DNA from: Hemiscyllium ocellatum
Taxonomy: Eukaryota
NCBI RefSeq assembly: GCF_020745735.1
Contig: NW_026867444.1
Location: 124,001-188,000 of the forward strand
DNA: 64,000 bases
Reading direction: 5' to 3'
Both the position numbers and the translations under genes were made by a program. The notes under the pieces were generated by a model. It made no database searches. It was not told the DNA's origin and saw only the letters and a program-made list of their open reading frames with translations. Below, one piece after another: positions 12,460 through 24,107 of this stretch (position 1 is its first letter; the number at the start of each line of letters is the position of its first letter).

Positions 12460-12620
12460 ATATTGCATATGAGGAAAGTGCTGACAGACCGAGGTGTTGT
12501 CACTATGAACACGCCAGTTTAAATATTGTTTCCCTTTGCTGTGACATTTCTTGTAAATTGTCCTGATGTATGCAAGACAAAAAGCTTCAACAAAATGTTT
12601 TGTTTTTCGCAACATTCAAA
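12460..12620 (+). mobile_element. Decayed Penelope tail with degenerate hammerhead (putative family C, AAGCUU)
   Basis: TTGTC-CTGATGT-ATGCAAGAC-AAAA-AGCTTC-AACAA at 12558-12593; related copy on the minus strand at about 17161-17210. Confidence 0.45.
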
Positions 12621-13769
12621 TGAGGATCAGTTTGGAGAGAAAGAATGAACATGGAAATGTATTAAGTTAACAATGAAAATTGATCTAAATTCAGCAGAGA
12701 CCAGGATAGTTTCACCTTGAACTTAATACAGGAATTACCAGGTTAAGTTTAATCACTGGAATGAGTTAACCACCTTCCATCAGTTTGATTGTTTGAATTG
12801 TCCATCAGTTATGTTGATTACTCCTGGGATGGGGAGAGCATTGACGTGTCTGCTATTTATTGTCCTTCCCTAACGATCCTGGAGAGGGTGATGGTTAGTC
12901 ATGAGCTTCTTGAAGAGGATCTGACAGAGTGACAAGATCATAAGACATAGGAGTGGAAGTAAGGCCATTCAACCCATCGAGTCCACTCCGCTGGGCCTGA
13001 GTACAACTGTCCCTCAGGAGAATGATCTGTGGCACAAGGGAAAACCTGAGAGTGGTGAAAAGGCTGCGCAGGGGCTGAACCAGGTTTGATGAATGAGCTG
13101 ATGTCCTTCTGAGCTGAGTTGCAGACTCAGGCTTTCAGGGCCGCACAGCTTACACTGTTACTGACCATAGCTCCATGATTGATGAGACCTGCCCCAGGAG
13201 AACATCCACAGAAAGCTGCCTCCTGTGTGCCTGATGTGTCTGTGTGTCTCTCAGACGTGACTGAGCAAGCAGCAAGAGATCCCCCCCGGCCCCCCAACAC
13301 TTTCACCGATCAACTTACAAACTCCTTCCGGGGAAAGCGTTCAGCACCGGCCATCGCCTGCTTCAATGTGTCCTACACCCCACCTCAAGACAACAGTCCC
13401 CACTGCTCCCTGCCTCTAACATCTGCTCTCCATCTCTCTACTGAAGGCACTATCTCTGGCTGGGAAACATCTCGAGCCTCCCCAGGTGGTCTCATTCCTC
13501 CAAGTGTGGGCTGGGATGGGGAAACAAGGCAGGCCATTGGACCAGGAGGTGTCAGCCTGGTCTCAGTGGGGAGCACTCTCCCTTCACACTCACAATGTAG
13601 CAGACTGGGTGGATGAGCCATTGGGAAATGCAGGGTTACAGGATAGTGCAGTGGTTTGGATCTGGGTGGGATGCTCTTCGGAGGATTGGTGTGAACTCAT
13701 TGGCGTGAATGGCCTGCTTCAACATTGTACAGATTCCATCATTACATGATTCTATCACTGAAGCAAATT

Positions 13770-14200
13770 ATCCAGGCTGAGAGTGCAGTGCAGCACTGAG
13801 GGAGTGCAGCACTGTCAGAGGGTCAGTACTGAGGGAATGCTGCACTGTCAGAAAGTCAGCACTGAGGGAGTGCAACACTATTGGAGGGTCAGTACTGATG
13901 GAGTGTTGCACTAATGATGGGTCAGCACTGAGGGAGTGCAGTACTGTCAGAGGGTTCGTACTGAGGGAATGCCACACTGTCAGAAAGTCAATACCGTGGG
14001 AGTGCCACACTATCAGATAGTTCATGTTGAGGGAGTGCTGCACTGCTGGTTTGTCAATATTGAGGGAGTGCAACACTGTCAGAGGTTCAGTGCTCAGAGA
14101 TTATCTTTCAGATGGGATGTTCTGATGTCTGCCCTCTCAGGGGGCAGTAGAAGATGCCATGACACTATGAGAAGAGCAGAGCAGATCCCCATAAAATATA
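13770..14200 (+). repeat. 33-bp tandem array (9 units plus a partial) amplified inside a Deu-domain SINE
   Basis: Unit approx. CAGTACTGAGGGAGTGCTGCACTGTCAGAGGGT starting near 13791, 13824, 13857, 13890, 13923, 13956, 13989, 14023 and 14055; followed by Deu-like tgtctgccctctcagg...gatgccatgacactat. Confidence 0.85.
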
Positions 14201-14379
14201 CCTTTTAAAAAATGCCTGGATGAGCGCCTGAAATATCCGAACATTCAATACCTTGGGCCCAGTTCTGGAAAGTGGATGGAGAGTAGATTTAGTTTTGCCT
14301 TGGTGGGACAGACATGATCAGATGAGGGACCTCTTCTACACTGTATGATTCTCTGATTCTGTGAAACCTCTGGCTGATG

Positions 14380-14520
14380 ACCATGTACTGTCCTCCCTCG
14401 GCTGATGAGTCAGTCTCTCCTCCATGTTGAACAGCACTTGGAGGAAGCTCTGAGGGTAGTGAGGGCACAGAATGTACTCTGGGTGGGGGCTTCAATATCC
14501 ACAATCAAAAAGGAATTTAA
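14380..14520 (+). mobile_element. LINE endonuclease fragment
   Basis: Encodes LLHVEQHLEEALRV.RAQNVLWVG-like peptide; similar to 43900-44000. Confidence 0.6.
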
Positions 14521-14575
14521 AAAGCATCGGGTTTGTTAGGTATTTGATACAAATATTCAAACTGATATTTCTGCC

Positions 14576-14890
14576 AGTCCAACGCTCACTTCTCCTGTGT
14601 CCTCACCCATGTGACACTCCCCTCTCCCCTCAGCAAGAGCATCAGGAGATCAGAATGTGTGTAGAGTGTGTGAGACAGTCTACAGAGGAGATACAACTTT
14701 AAATAGAACAGGGCTGAGCTGGCAGGACAAAGGTCATTGTCAGCACTGAATTTCAATTCTCTTCCTTCTTGAGACTGGCCTCTGGGAGACTCTGAGGTTC
14801 AGGGGTTAAGGCAGGTTCCTGTGACACTGTAGAGAGAGCTTCACTCTGTACCCAAACAGTGCTGTCCCTGTCCTGGAGTGTTTGACGAGG
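14576..14890 (+). pseudogene. IGKC: 5'-truncated Ig kappa constant-region remnant with 3' UTR, inverted relative to the intact gene
   Basis: 14576-14664 encodes SNAHFSCVLTHVTLPSPLSKSIRRSECV*, with 5 differences in 89 nt from 27242-27330. The following ~200 nt align with the C-kappa 3' UTR. No splice acceptor or first cysteine. Confidence 0.92.
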
Positions 14891-15035
14891 ACAATATGGA
14901 GACAGCTTTATTCTGTTTCTTATCCTGTCCCTGTCCTGGGTGTCTTTGGTGGGAACATTATGGAAAGAGCTTTACTCTGGATCTAACCCTATTCTGTCCC
15001 TGTCCAGGAGACTGTTTGTTGGGGACAGTGTTGAT
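14820..15035 (+). repeat. About 3 degenerate copies of a ~70-bp repeat (gtgctgtccctgtcctgggagtgtttgatggggaca...gagctttactctg)
   Basis: Recurring ctgtccctgtcc...gtgtttg units; one copy also on the minus strand at about 27010-27090. Confidence 0.7.
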
Positions 15036-15094
15036 TTGTAATAACAAGCATAACCTTTCAAAGATATTGAAAACTTTACTGGCAGTGGGTCTTT

Positions 15095-15520
15095 ACACAG
15101 TTGGTCATTTTGAACGTGTTCTGGTCCATATCGGGACAGGGAGGGCTGAGGACCAGGAAAAGTTCTACTTCACGTTTAAAGACCAACAATATTGATGGAG
15201 CTGCCTGTGCCAAGGACTCCCCAATAGTCCCTCCATCTTCCAGCAGAGCATGGCACAGGGCTGTGAGAGTTCAGGTCAGTTCCCCCAAACAGTTTGGACA
15301 GTGTGTGGCTGACTTGCTGCTGTTTGTGGGAACTGAGGAGGAGGACATGTCCCTCTGCGATGACAGAACCCCCAGGAGTTGCTCGGCGGGATCCTGATGT
15401 TGATCCCTTTCCTAGAACAACGGGTGAAAAGCTGCTGCATTGCTCGGGCTCCTTGATGCCACACACCATCAAAGAGGCCTTGGTGTCAAGTGCTGTCACT
15501 CTGCCCTCACCTCACTCTCA
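15095..15520 (+). mobile_element. Retrovirus-type reverse transcriptase relic (endogenous retrovirus fragment)
   Basis: Across frameshifts: NVFWSI...EDQEKFYFTFKDQQY*WSCLCQGLPNSPSIFQQSMAQG...QCVADLLLFVGTEEE...IKEALVSS. Matches the retroviral AFT...QY.W..LPQG..NSP..F and QYVDDLLL motifs. Confidence 0.7.
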
Positions 15521-16049
15521 TGGTCAGGGAGAGCTCAGTCCACTGACTCACATTTATCTGAATGAATTCCGCTTGTTACTGATCAGCCCATCGGACCCTC
15601 CCAGCCCGTCTATATCCTCATGTCGTCTTGTACTGCTTCGGGACACCCCCATGCGGGAAGGTCAATAAATGGAAAGCACGAAAACTTTAATTCAGATACT
15701 GAAGACAATTACTAGTTTAATAGAGGAATGGGTATCTTTCATTTCTAAATGGGATCAACATTTCTTTATTGAGTTAAAGTGACTCAGATTAAATACATCT
15801 GCAGTGAATGTATAAATCTACAACAACTCCCACAGAGGATGTTTGGATTGGAGGCTGAGTTGGAAGTATTGGTGACACATCAGGGAGGTGCAGAGATACC
15901 TGGAGACTTTGTTCCAGAAAGATGTTATAAGCCTCAGGACCAGGCAGTCCAATTCCATGTGTATTAAGGGGCAGGAGGGTATGACAATGAGGAGGGCAGG
16001 TAAGGATTTGGAGTGCACTGTAGGACAGGAAAACCCCTCACTCTTGCTG

Positions 16050-16680
16050 TAGTTGTGGGTATGCCCACGAGCTGGGAAGTTGATTTGTAGACATTTTGTC
16101 CCCTGTCTCGGTTACATCATCAGAGCTTTGGAGCTTCCTGTGAAGTGCTGTTGTGCTGTGTCTTCTGGAATTTATTTGGTTCCATTCCTGCTGTTTCCAG
16201 TTATTGGTTCCGGATATTCATTGCAGTGGTCAGTATACTGGGTCTAGGTCAATCTGTTTATTGATGGATCCCATGGATAAGTGCATTGCCTATATAAATT
16301 CTCTGGCTGTCCTCTGTTGAGCTTGTCCTATGATCATAGTGTTGGCCCAATCAAATTTGTGGTCCTTGTCATCTGTGTGTATAGCTACTCAGGACAGCTG
16401 CTCATGGGGTTTAGTGGCTCGTTGGTGTTCATGGATGTGGATGGCTAGTTGTCTGTCTGTTTGTCCGAGGTGTTCGTGCAAACGTTGCATGGATTCTTGT
16501 AAATTACATCTGTCTTTCACATGGTGGGTATTGGGCCTTTTGTTCTTGTGGGTTGTCTGAGCGTGGCTGTCAGTTTCTGGGCAGTTTATGAGTGGTTGGA
16601 GGTCTGTGATGTTTTTATATAAGGTAGCGTGGCTAGTGGGTTAGGTCGTGGCATACCCTCATCGCGTTGTTTGTCTGTTA
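16050..16680 (-). mobile_element. Penelope-like element 3' fragment (GIY-YIG endonuclease and tail)
   Basis: Minus strand gives DVIYKNPCNVC...GQTDRQLAIHIHEHQRATKPHEQLS...HKFDWANTMIIGQAQQRTAREF. Tail has degenerate CTGATGA...GAC-AAAA-TGTC at about 16090-16123. Confidence 0.8.
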
Positions 16681-18389
16681 GGCATCTGTGGATGAAGTTG
16701 TGGGAATATCTGTTTTTGGCAAAGTCTTTGTAGAAATGTTCTTCTCTTTGCAGATTGGGAGTGCTGCAGTGGGTTGTAGCCCTTTAGAACAGGTTCCTAA
16801 TGCAACTTCTCCTGTGTGTGGGGAGGGATCAGGCAGAGAGGAAGAGGCAGTGCAGCCATTGTGCAGCATCCACTGTCAAGTTGTCCCATTTCCAATCCCA
16901 CTGCAATGTCATTGTCTGCCCTGAGACCAAGCAGATGCTCCCATCACAAGAGGCTCCATGGCCCGGAGGACTGTGAGAGTGAGCCCTGTCCATTCAGCTC
17001 GATCATCAAGCTCCAGCCTTCCTGATGTGGTGGCAGCCAGGAGAACCCTGCCCATGGGAGATTCCACACACACTCCCTCCCTCCTGGCAGGGAAAGATAA
17101 TTCCATGGCCCTGCTTTCTCTCGAAAATGATCCAAATTCAAGTGTCGCTGAAAAAAAGAAACAGTTTGTCAAAGCTTTTGTCTTGCACACAACAAAACAA
17201 TTTGTAAGAAATAGCATAGCAAAACTCTGGAGACCCCAGTGGGTCAGACAGCATCCATGGAGCGAAAGCAAGGCAAAATGAAATGCGTTCATTTGTCTCA
17301 CTCAAGTACTATATTCTCAAATGACTCTTTGATCCTGATTTCCTCTTTTCCTTCAGGCCTATTGAAATTCTAAAAAGTATTCCTGTCTTTTTATGAATGG
17401 AGCACTCTGTTTATGATTATTCATCATTCAATTCCAATAACTGTATCAAAAAGTTTTTCCTGATCTCTTTTCTGTACCTGGTATATGACTGGAGAATATG
17501 TCATTTTGCCTTTCAGTTTGTCTGCACTGATAGTCAATCTACATTTACTGTGTTTATTTGTTTAAGAATTTTTGAACATCAGAATACCCTCCCTCCACTG
17601 TCGAGATCCTGTCTGGCCTTCGTAGAATCACAGAATTGAGGAATTCCTACAGAGTGGAAGCAGGCCACGTAAAGCCCAGCAAAATCATACCAACCCTTTG
17701 AAGGCCATCCCACCCAGATGCAAACCTCCCCCACCCTATTCCTGTAATCCTGCATTTTCCATGGCATTTTCCATTTGCTAGCCTGCACATCTCTTGTGAC
17801 CCTAGATCCCCTGTCCATGTCCCATTATGTATTGCCCCTCAAAGCAGCCCCTAACTGTGCACCATATTCTAGCCATGATCTAACCATTCTTCAGGACAGC
17901 GTGAGAGAGCAGCTGATTAAAGCAGATTCCATATCAACATGAACATAGAATACAGCGTGGATGTGAAAAGCGTGTTTCCTTTTTGGGGAGAATATCAAAT
18001 TAAAACAAGTTCTCTCATAGAAGACCGAGATAAGCAGTTTTTGTTTCTTGCATAAGGTCATAGATCTTTGGAACTCTTCATCAAACATAGAAATGAAACC
18101 TCTGAATGCTTGTAGTGAAGAAGTAGATAGCCATTGCTTTCAAGAATCTATCAGAGTAAGGCAAGAATGTGGAATAATCAGGTCAGCCATGGGGAGCAGG
18201 CTCAAGAGGATGAATCTCCTTCCTCTGCCCCTAACTCATTTGATCGTGTGTCCAGTTCCACCGTTGAAAGAACAGCGCCTTGAAAGCTTGTGGTTTTCAA
18301 TAAAGCAGCTGAAGTGGCTGCTGGTTTGTGTGGGCGCGAATGGAAGGGGACTTTACCCATAATCCTCAGCAGCCGTGCAAGCTCTCTCT

Positions 18390-18406
18390 CGCCACTAGAG
18401 GGCAGC
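18390..18406 (+). promoter_or_regulatory. CTCF-binding motif
   Basis: CGCCACTAGAGGGCAGC matches the core consensus GCCASYAGRKGGCRS, with an upstream-module-like TGCAAGCTC at 18376-18384; lies in non-repetitive DNA. Confidence 0.6.
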
Positions 18407-20799
18407 TGCTTCACTGTCCCTGATCAGTAAAAGGTAAAGTGGGACTCTGCTTGGAGCTGACAGGCTCAATCTGCAGAGACCCATAGAGAGACAGTGCAGC
18501 TTTAGAAGTAGGGTACTGAGGGCTCCATAATGAAAATATCCCCTGTGATAAGAAAAGTACTTTGATGGGATTTTTGTTTGTCTTCACAGTGTGTTGTTTT
18601 GTTCATTCTGTGAAACACGTAGATGATGTCAGTACTGAGTAGCACAAAGTATATTTCCTCCTCTAACCCCTTTCCAACACACCCTCTCCATCTTGCTTTA
18701 CTCCTTATTGACTCTTCTACAATTGTCCCTGTTCCCTCACTCCGTCCCAGTCCCAGAGGGATTGATGGCCGGAGTTCATGACCCCGCACTGTGTGAAGGT
18801 TGGTGTGACGTGAGGCCAGTGTGTTGGAGCTTGGGCTCCTGCCTCAGGCCCAGGTGTAGGAGCCTGTTCAACAATCTGCACATTGTCCTTTTTCTCTTTC
18901 TGACCGTACTGGAGTTTTCAAGCTGCAGTAACTTGCTGGCAACAAGGTGTCTTGTCTAAAATGTTCCCAGCACTGGACAGATCTCCGCGGTTGATTTTTT
19001 TTCACTCTCTCTGGAGTCAGCTCTGTATTCAGTGCCTGTTATCATTTTGTTAGAGTTCATATGTCAGCTACTGCTTCCTTGCTATGGACTTGGAAAAAAA
19101 ATCATCAATGCCTCTTGAGATTTAAATCATTTAACATTCCAATGATGTGAATGCATCAGTGTTGTTTAGAGCAGGGAGCATTTAACATCATGGTTCTAGG
19201 TTTTAATGGATCCTCTCTCGTGATAATACAGTTTGCAATGTTTCTCTCCCCTTTCATGTTATTCAGATGCTTGCAAACCTGTTATGATGAGGACAGTGCG
19301 TCTTCAACATCGTGTGACGGAGTGGATGGGTGTTTGATTTCTCATCTCATTATCGTCCAGTTTCCAAAGAACATGCTGTAGTCTTTGAAATGAGATTACC
19401 TATAATGTGTTTGGATTTTATTTTTGCAATGCCAATTTTCATAAACAATATCCTGTTCCATTTTGTAGTTACGTTTGTCAATGAATGTTCGCTTAGATAC
19501 TGAGAGTTTATACAACATGCCATTTGCCTGTGACCCAGTTGTTGGCTGAAGCCTCTGGTTGTTCGGTGAGTCCAAGCCATTGCCTTGCTCTCTGCAGTTA
19601 TACCATCAACTTGGTTTCTCAGTGTGAGCCAGGAGATCACTGCATGGTGACTTCTTGTTCCACTGTTGGGGTAAAGGCAAGTGGGAACTGTCATGGTTAA
19701 TCCCATCATGAACATCAGAACATTCTGCTCAGCTGGAACTACACTCACTGACTCATTTCTCTGGCCACCATCGCAGTAAAACCAAATCTCTCCCTTTGTC
19801 AGCACAAAGAGAAAGTGCCCGTCAGATCCCCTCGTGTGTGATGGTTTAGCCCAATAGGAGCAGCACTGGTAGACCATGCTGCATCAGCCTGGACAGAAAC
19901 CTGGGCAACCTCCAAATGAAACTGTGATCTTCAATGGATCTGCTGCTACAGGAAAAATGTAATTGGAATCCTTGTTAATGAATCACCTCATCAAACCTAA
20001 ATACAACTGAGAAAATAGAAACCAAACCAATTTCCTAAGGTCACAACACAACAAGAAAGTGGGGAACAGACAGATACTGTCCCCTGTCTTTAGAGAGCGT
20101 TGCTTTTCCTATCCCCTCTCCCTCTCTGGGTTAAAATTTTTACCATCCTTTCTGTGTGAGAATATTACTGTTCCTGTCCACACTCTCTTGGGGACAGGTG
20201 GGGATGTCACATCCACCCAGTTCGTTTGTTCCACTTACTCTTCTGAAATGGGGAATCCCTGCTTCGCCATGTGTGTGAGCCATGTGTGAAAGTCCAGCAC
20301 AGCTCACCCTTCATCTCAATCAGATCACTGGGCTCTAAGGTTGGTCAGTACTGTCTGGACCAGACAAAAGCACTGACTGACTGGAGACAATTCAGATCAA
20401 GTCCCAATGAGACTGCTATTGACCTTCACCCTCAAAGCCCACTGAGGGTGTGGTCATTAGACTCAGTGTTGTCACAAAGTAAGTTCTCCCAGAGATTCAT
20501 GATCCATTCTAGATTTTACACAAGTGTGCGATGTTGTTGGATGACAGGTGGGAAGGCTTGGAGACAAAATATAAAAGGAGAGAGAATTATATTTCTATTA
20601 TGCCGTTTTTGAGCTTGGATGTTGGAAAATGTTTTACAGTCAATTCAATACTTCCAAAGTCCAGGCATTGTTGTGATGTGGGAATTGTGACAGCCTGGGC
20701 AAGTCAGATCATATGGCAGCACCACCCAGAGACTGGAGGCTGCTACTGCAGGGAAGGGACAAACCAGTTGTGCTGTGAGGGAAGGACACTGGAGCACAC

Positions 20800-21130
20800 A
20801 AGAACATGAGAAATTGAAGCAGGAGTAGGACTCCAATGACTGTCCATCCTTTCTTAAATACAGGGACCAAAATTGCACACAATACTTCAAATGCAGTCTC
20901 ACTAACACCCTGTAAAGTTTCAACAAGATTTCTCTACTTTTAAATTCCAACCCCAGACAATAAAGGTGAAAATTCCATTTGCCTTCTCAATTCCTTGCTG
21001 CACCTGCACTAACTTTCAATGTTTCATGCACAATACTACCCAGATCACTCTGTACTGCACTTTTTTGGAATCTCTCACTATTTAAATAATAGTCGGCCTT
21101 TTGATTATTCCGAACAAAGTGCATGGTCTC
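20800..21130 (-). mobile_element. CR1 LINE 3' fragment
   Basis: MEFKSREILLKLYRVLVRLHLKYCVQFWSLYLRKD, the typical CR1 ORF2 C-terminus. Confidence 0.8.
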
Positions 21131-21301
21131 ACACTTTCTGATATTAAATTCCATCCACTGTGTATGAGTGTTTCATTTTCAGTTTGGTCACCTCTTTGTG
21201 ATTGACTGTCTCAATGCATCTATCTGTAGTGTGTCCCATTCCCATTTGTTGATGGCCCTGACACTTGATTGTCCAGCCCTTTCCTGTTGGTTCCATTCAA
21301 T

Positions 21302-24107
21302 GACAGGCAGGAGGTTGGAGGAACACAGCAAGCCAGGCAGCATCAGGCGGTGAAGAAGTTGATGTTTTGGGTGTAACCCTTCTTCAGGAATGGCGGTGGG
21401 TGTAGGTGAAGCTGCAGATAAAGGGGGTGGCGGGGCAAGGTGGAGAATGGGGATACATGAAGACAGGCAGAGGACACGACCTGGTTCGTTAATGGAAGGA
21501 ATGAATCTGTTTGGTGGCAGAGAGGAGTGGAAGAGATGGGAGGGGCTGGGGAGGGAGTCCGGGGATGGGAAGGGAAGGTGTTTGAATTTGGAGAACTCAG
21601 TGTTGAATCCTCTGGGCTGTAGGCTGCCCAGGCGGAAGATGAGGTATTGTCCCTCCAATTTGCGATTTGGTTCATTGCGGCAATGGAGGAAGCCAAAGAT
21701 GATCATGGTAGAAAGGGAGTGGGAAGGGGAATTAAAATGGGTGGTGACTGGGAGATCTGGTCGGCCCCTACAGGCCCAGCTGAGATGCACGGCCAACCAC
21801 TGCCTAAGTTTATGTTTGGTCTTCCTGATGTAGAGAAGACCACATCGCTGTCACCTGATGCAGTAAACTAGGTTGGAGGAGAGGCAGGTGAACTTCTGTC
21901 TCACCTGGAAGGACTGTTTGGGGCCCTGGATGGAGGTGCTGGGGTTGGTGTACCAGCAGGCTTTGCATCATTTCCATTTGCAGGGGAAGGTACCGAGGGG
22001 TTCAGGAGAGATGGTGGAGAGAGTGGTGCAAACCAAGAACTGTCAAAGAGAACAGTCCTTGTGGAAGGCAGACAAGGGTATGGTGAGGAAGACATTCTTG
22101 GTGGTGGGGTCTTGTTGGGGTTGGCAGAATAGGATGATGTGTTGGATACAGAGATTGGTTTGGGTGATAGGTGAGGACAATGGGCACTCTGTCTTTATTC
22201 TGTTTGGAGGGGCTGGGTTTAGAGCAGTGGAACAGGAAATGGAGGTGGTGCGATGGATGACAGAGGGAGCAAAAGCATGTTGTTCGAAATAGGTGGACAT
22301 CTGGAATACCTGGGAGTGGAATGTCTCCTCATCTGAGCAGGTAGAGCAGAGGCGGAGGAATTGGAAGAATGGGATGGAGTTCTTGCAGGATACTGGGTGG
22401 GAGAATGTATATTCCGGGTAATAATGAGTTTGCAGTAAATGTCTATCTGAACACGGTCACTGGAGATGGGAATGGAGAGGTCAATAAAGGGGAGGGAGGT
22501 GTCCGACGTGGACCAAGTGAATTTGAGGGTAGGGTGGAAGTTGTGGGTGAAGACGATGAACTGCTCCAGTTCAGCCTGGGTGCAGGTCACTGCACCAATG
22601 CAGTCATCGATGTAATGGTAGCAGAGCTGGGGCACAGTGCCTGTGTAGGCACTGAAGAGGGACTGTTCAGCATAGCCAAGAAAGGGGCAGGGGGAGCTGG
22701 GGCCCATCCAGGTACTCATAGCCACCCCCTGGATTTAGAGGAACTGGGAGGAGTTAAAGGAAAAGTTGTTGAGGGTGAGGACCAGTTGGGCCAGATGGAG
22801 GAGGGTATTGGTGGAGGGGGAGTGGATGGATCTGTTGGAGAGAAAAAAAGAGAGGGCCAGGAGGCTGATCTTGTTGGGTATGGACGTATATAAGGACGGT
22901 CCATAGTGAAGGTAAAGTGCTGGGGGCCTGGGAACTGAAGGTTTCTGAAGAGATGGAAGGCATGGTTGGTGTCACAGATGTAGGTGGGAAGTGCCTGAAC
23001 CCAGGAGGAGAGGATGGAGTTGAGGTAGGATGAGAGGAGTTCGGTGGGGCAGGAGCATGTTGAGATGATGGGTCGGCCAGTGTAGTTGGGTTTGTGGATC
23101 TTGGGGAGCAGGTAGAACTGGGCAGTGCAGGGCTGGGGGACTATGAGATTGGAGACAGTGGAGGGGAGATCACTGGAGGCAATGGGGGCAGAGACAGTGT
23201 GAGTGATTTTGGCCTGATGGGTCACGGTGGGGTCATGGGCAAGGGGGAGGTAGAACGTGGTGTCAGAGAGTTGGGGTTCGGCCTCTGTGACATAGAGGTC
23301 CGTTCCCCAGACTACTGCCTTTGTCAGTGGGTTTGATAGTGAACCGGGGGTGGTACGGAGAGAGTGGAGTGCTGCATGTTTGGAGGAGGGGTGTTTGGAG
23401 AGGGTGAGGGGAGGTGGAGAAATTGAGGCGGCTGATGTCACATCAGTGGTCAGCAATGAAGAGCTCTAGGGTGTGTACACAGCTGGTGGTGGGGGTTTGG
23501 GGGGGGTGACCAAGTGGAGGAGGAAGGTTGAAGGTGGGAGAAGGGGTCCTCAGAGGGAGTTTGGGAGTTTTTGTTAAAGAAGAAGACACGGAGGTAGAGG
23601 CGGCGGAAGAAGAGCTCCACATCCTGGTGGGTGCGGGATTTTTTGAGGTGGGGAACGAATGTGAGCCCTTTTCTCAGGATGGACCTTTTGGACTCAGAGA
23701 GTTCGAGGTTGTGGGGGGATAGTAAATAAGGGGCAAGGCTCGGGGTGGGGGACGAGGTTTTCAGGGGGCTCCGAGATGGCTGAAGGAAGGGAGGGGGAAA
23801 GGGTAATGGGAATGGGAGAGAATGGGTGTGGGAGAGAAAGGAGATTGGGGCGGAGGTGGGATGTGGAGTGAGGTGTGGGAGTGGGAAGGTGGGAATGAGG
23901 AAAGATGGAGAAGTGGAGGGATAGGGTGCACTGTCGGGGTGGATGGGTGAAAAGGGAGAGCGAGTGTGCTGGCTGGCTTCAGGTAGGCAGTTGGACTCAG
24001 GGTGACTCTGGGAAGTGTAGTCTAAGTCTTGGTTGCAGATTGGACGGGGCCAGAAGTGGAGGCAGAGGTTGGAACGAAGTCAAGGATGGTTTGGGTTTTT
24101 TGAGCAG
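21302..24107 (-). mobile_element. Near-full-length Penelope-like element (RT and GIY-YIG), frameshifted
   Basis: FYLLPKIHKP...GRPIISTC (22716-23456); MGTHMGPS, YIDDC and LKFTW (22219-22725); LLYIRKTKHKL and HLIFRLGSLQP-like C-terminus (21188-21850); tail with degenerate CTGAAGA hammerhead at about 21345-21390. Confidence 0.9.

Noticed and set aside
13179-13616. ORF with an acceptor-like ctctcAG and PAIACFNVSYTP, faintly like an Ig C1 domain start
   Set aside because: No conserved Trp or second Cys at C1-set spacing; the distal part runs into repeat sequence.
13768-14208. 33-bp array as a CRISPR or as repeat-protein ORFs
   Set aside because: No unique spacers, eukaryotic context, embedded in a SINE; the ORFs arise from the in-frame period.
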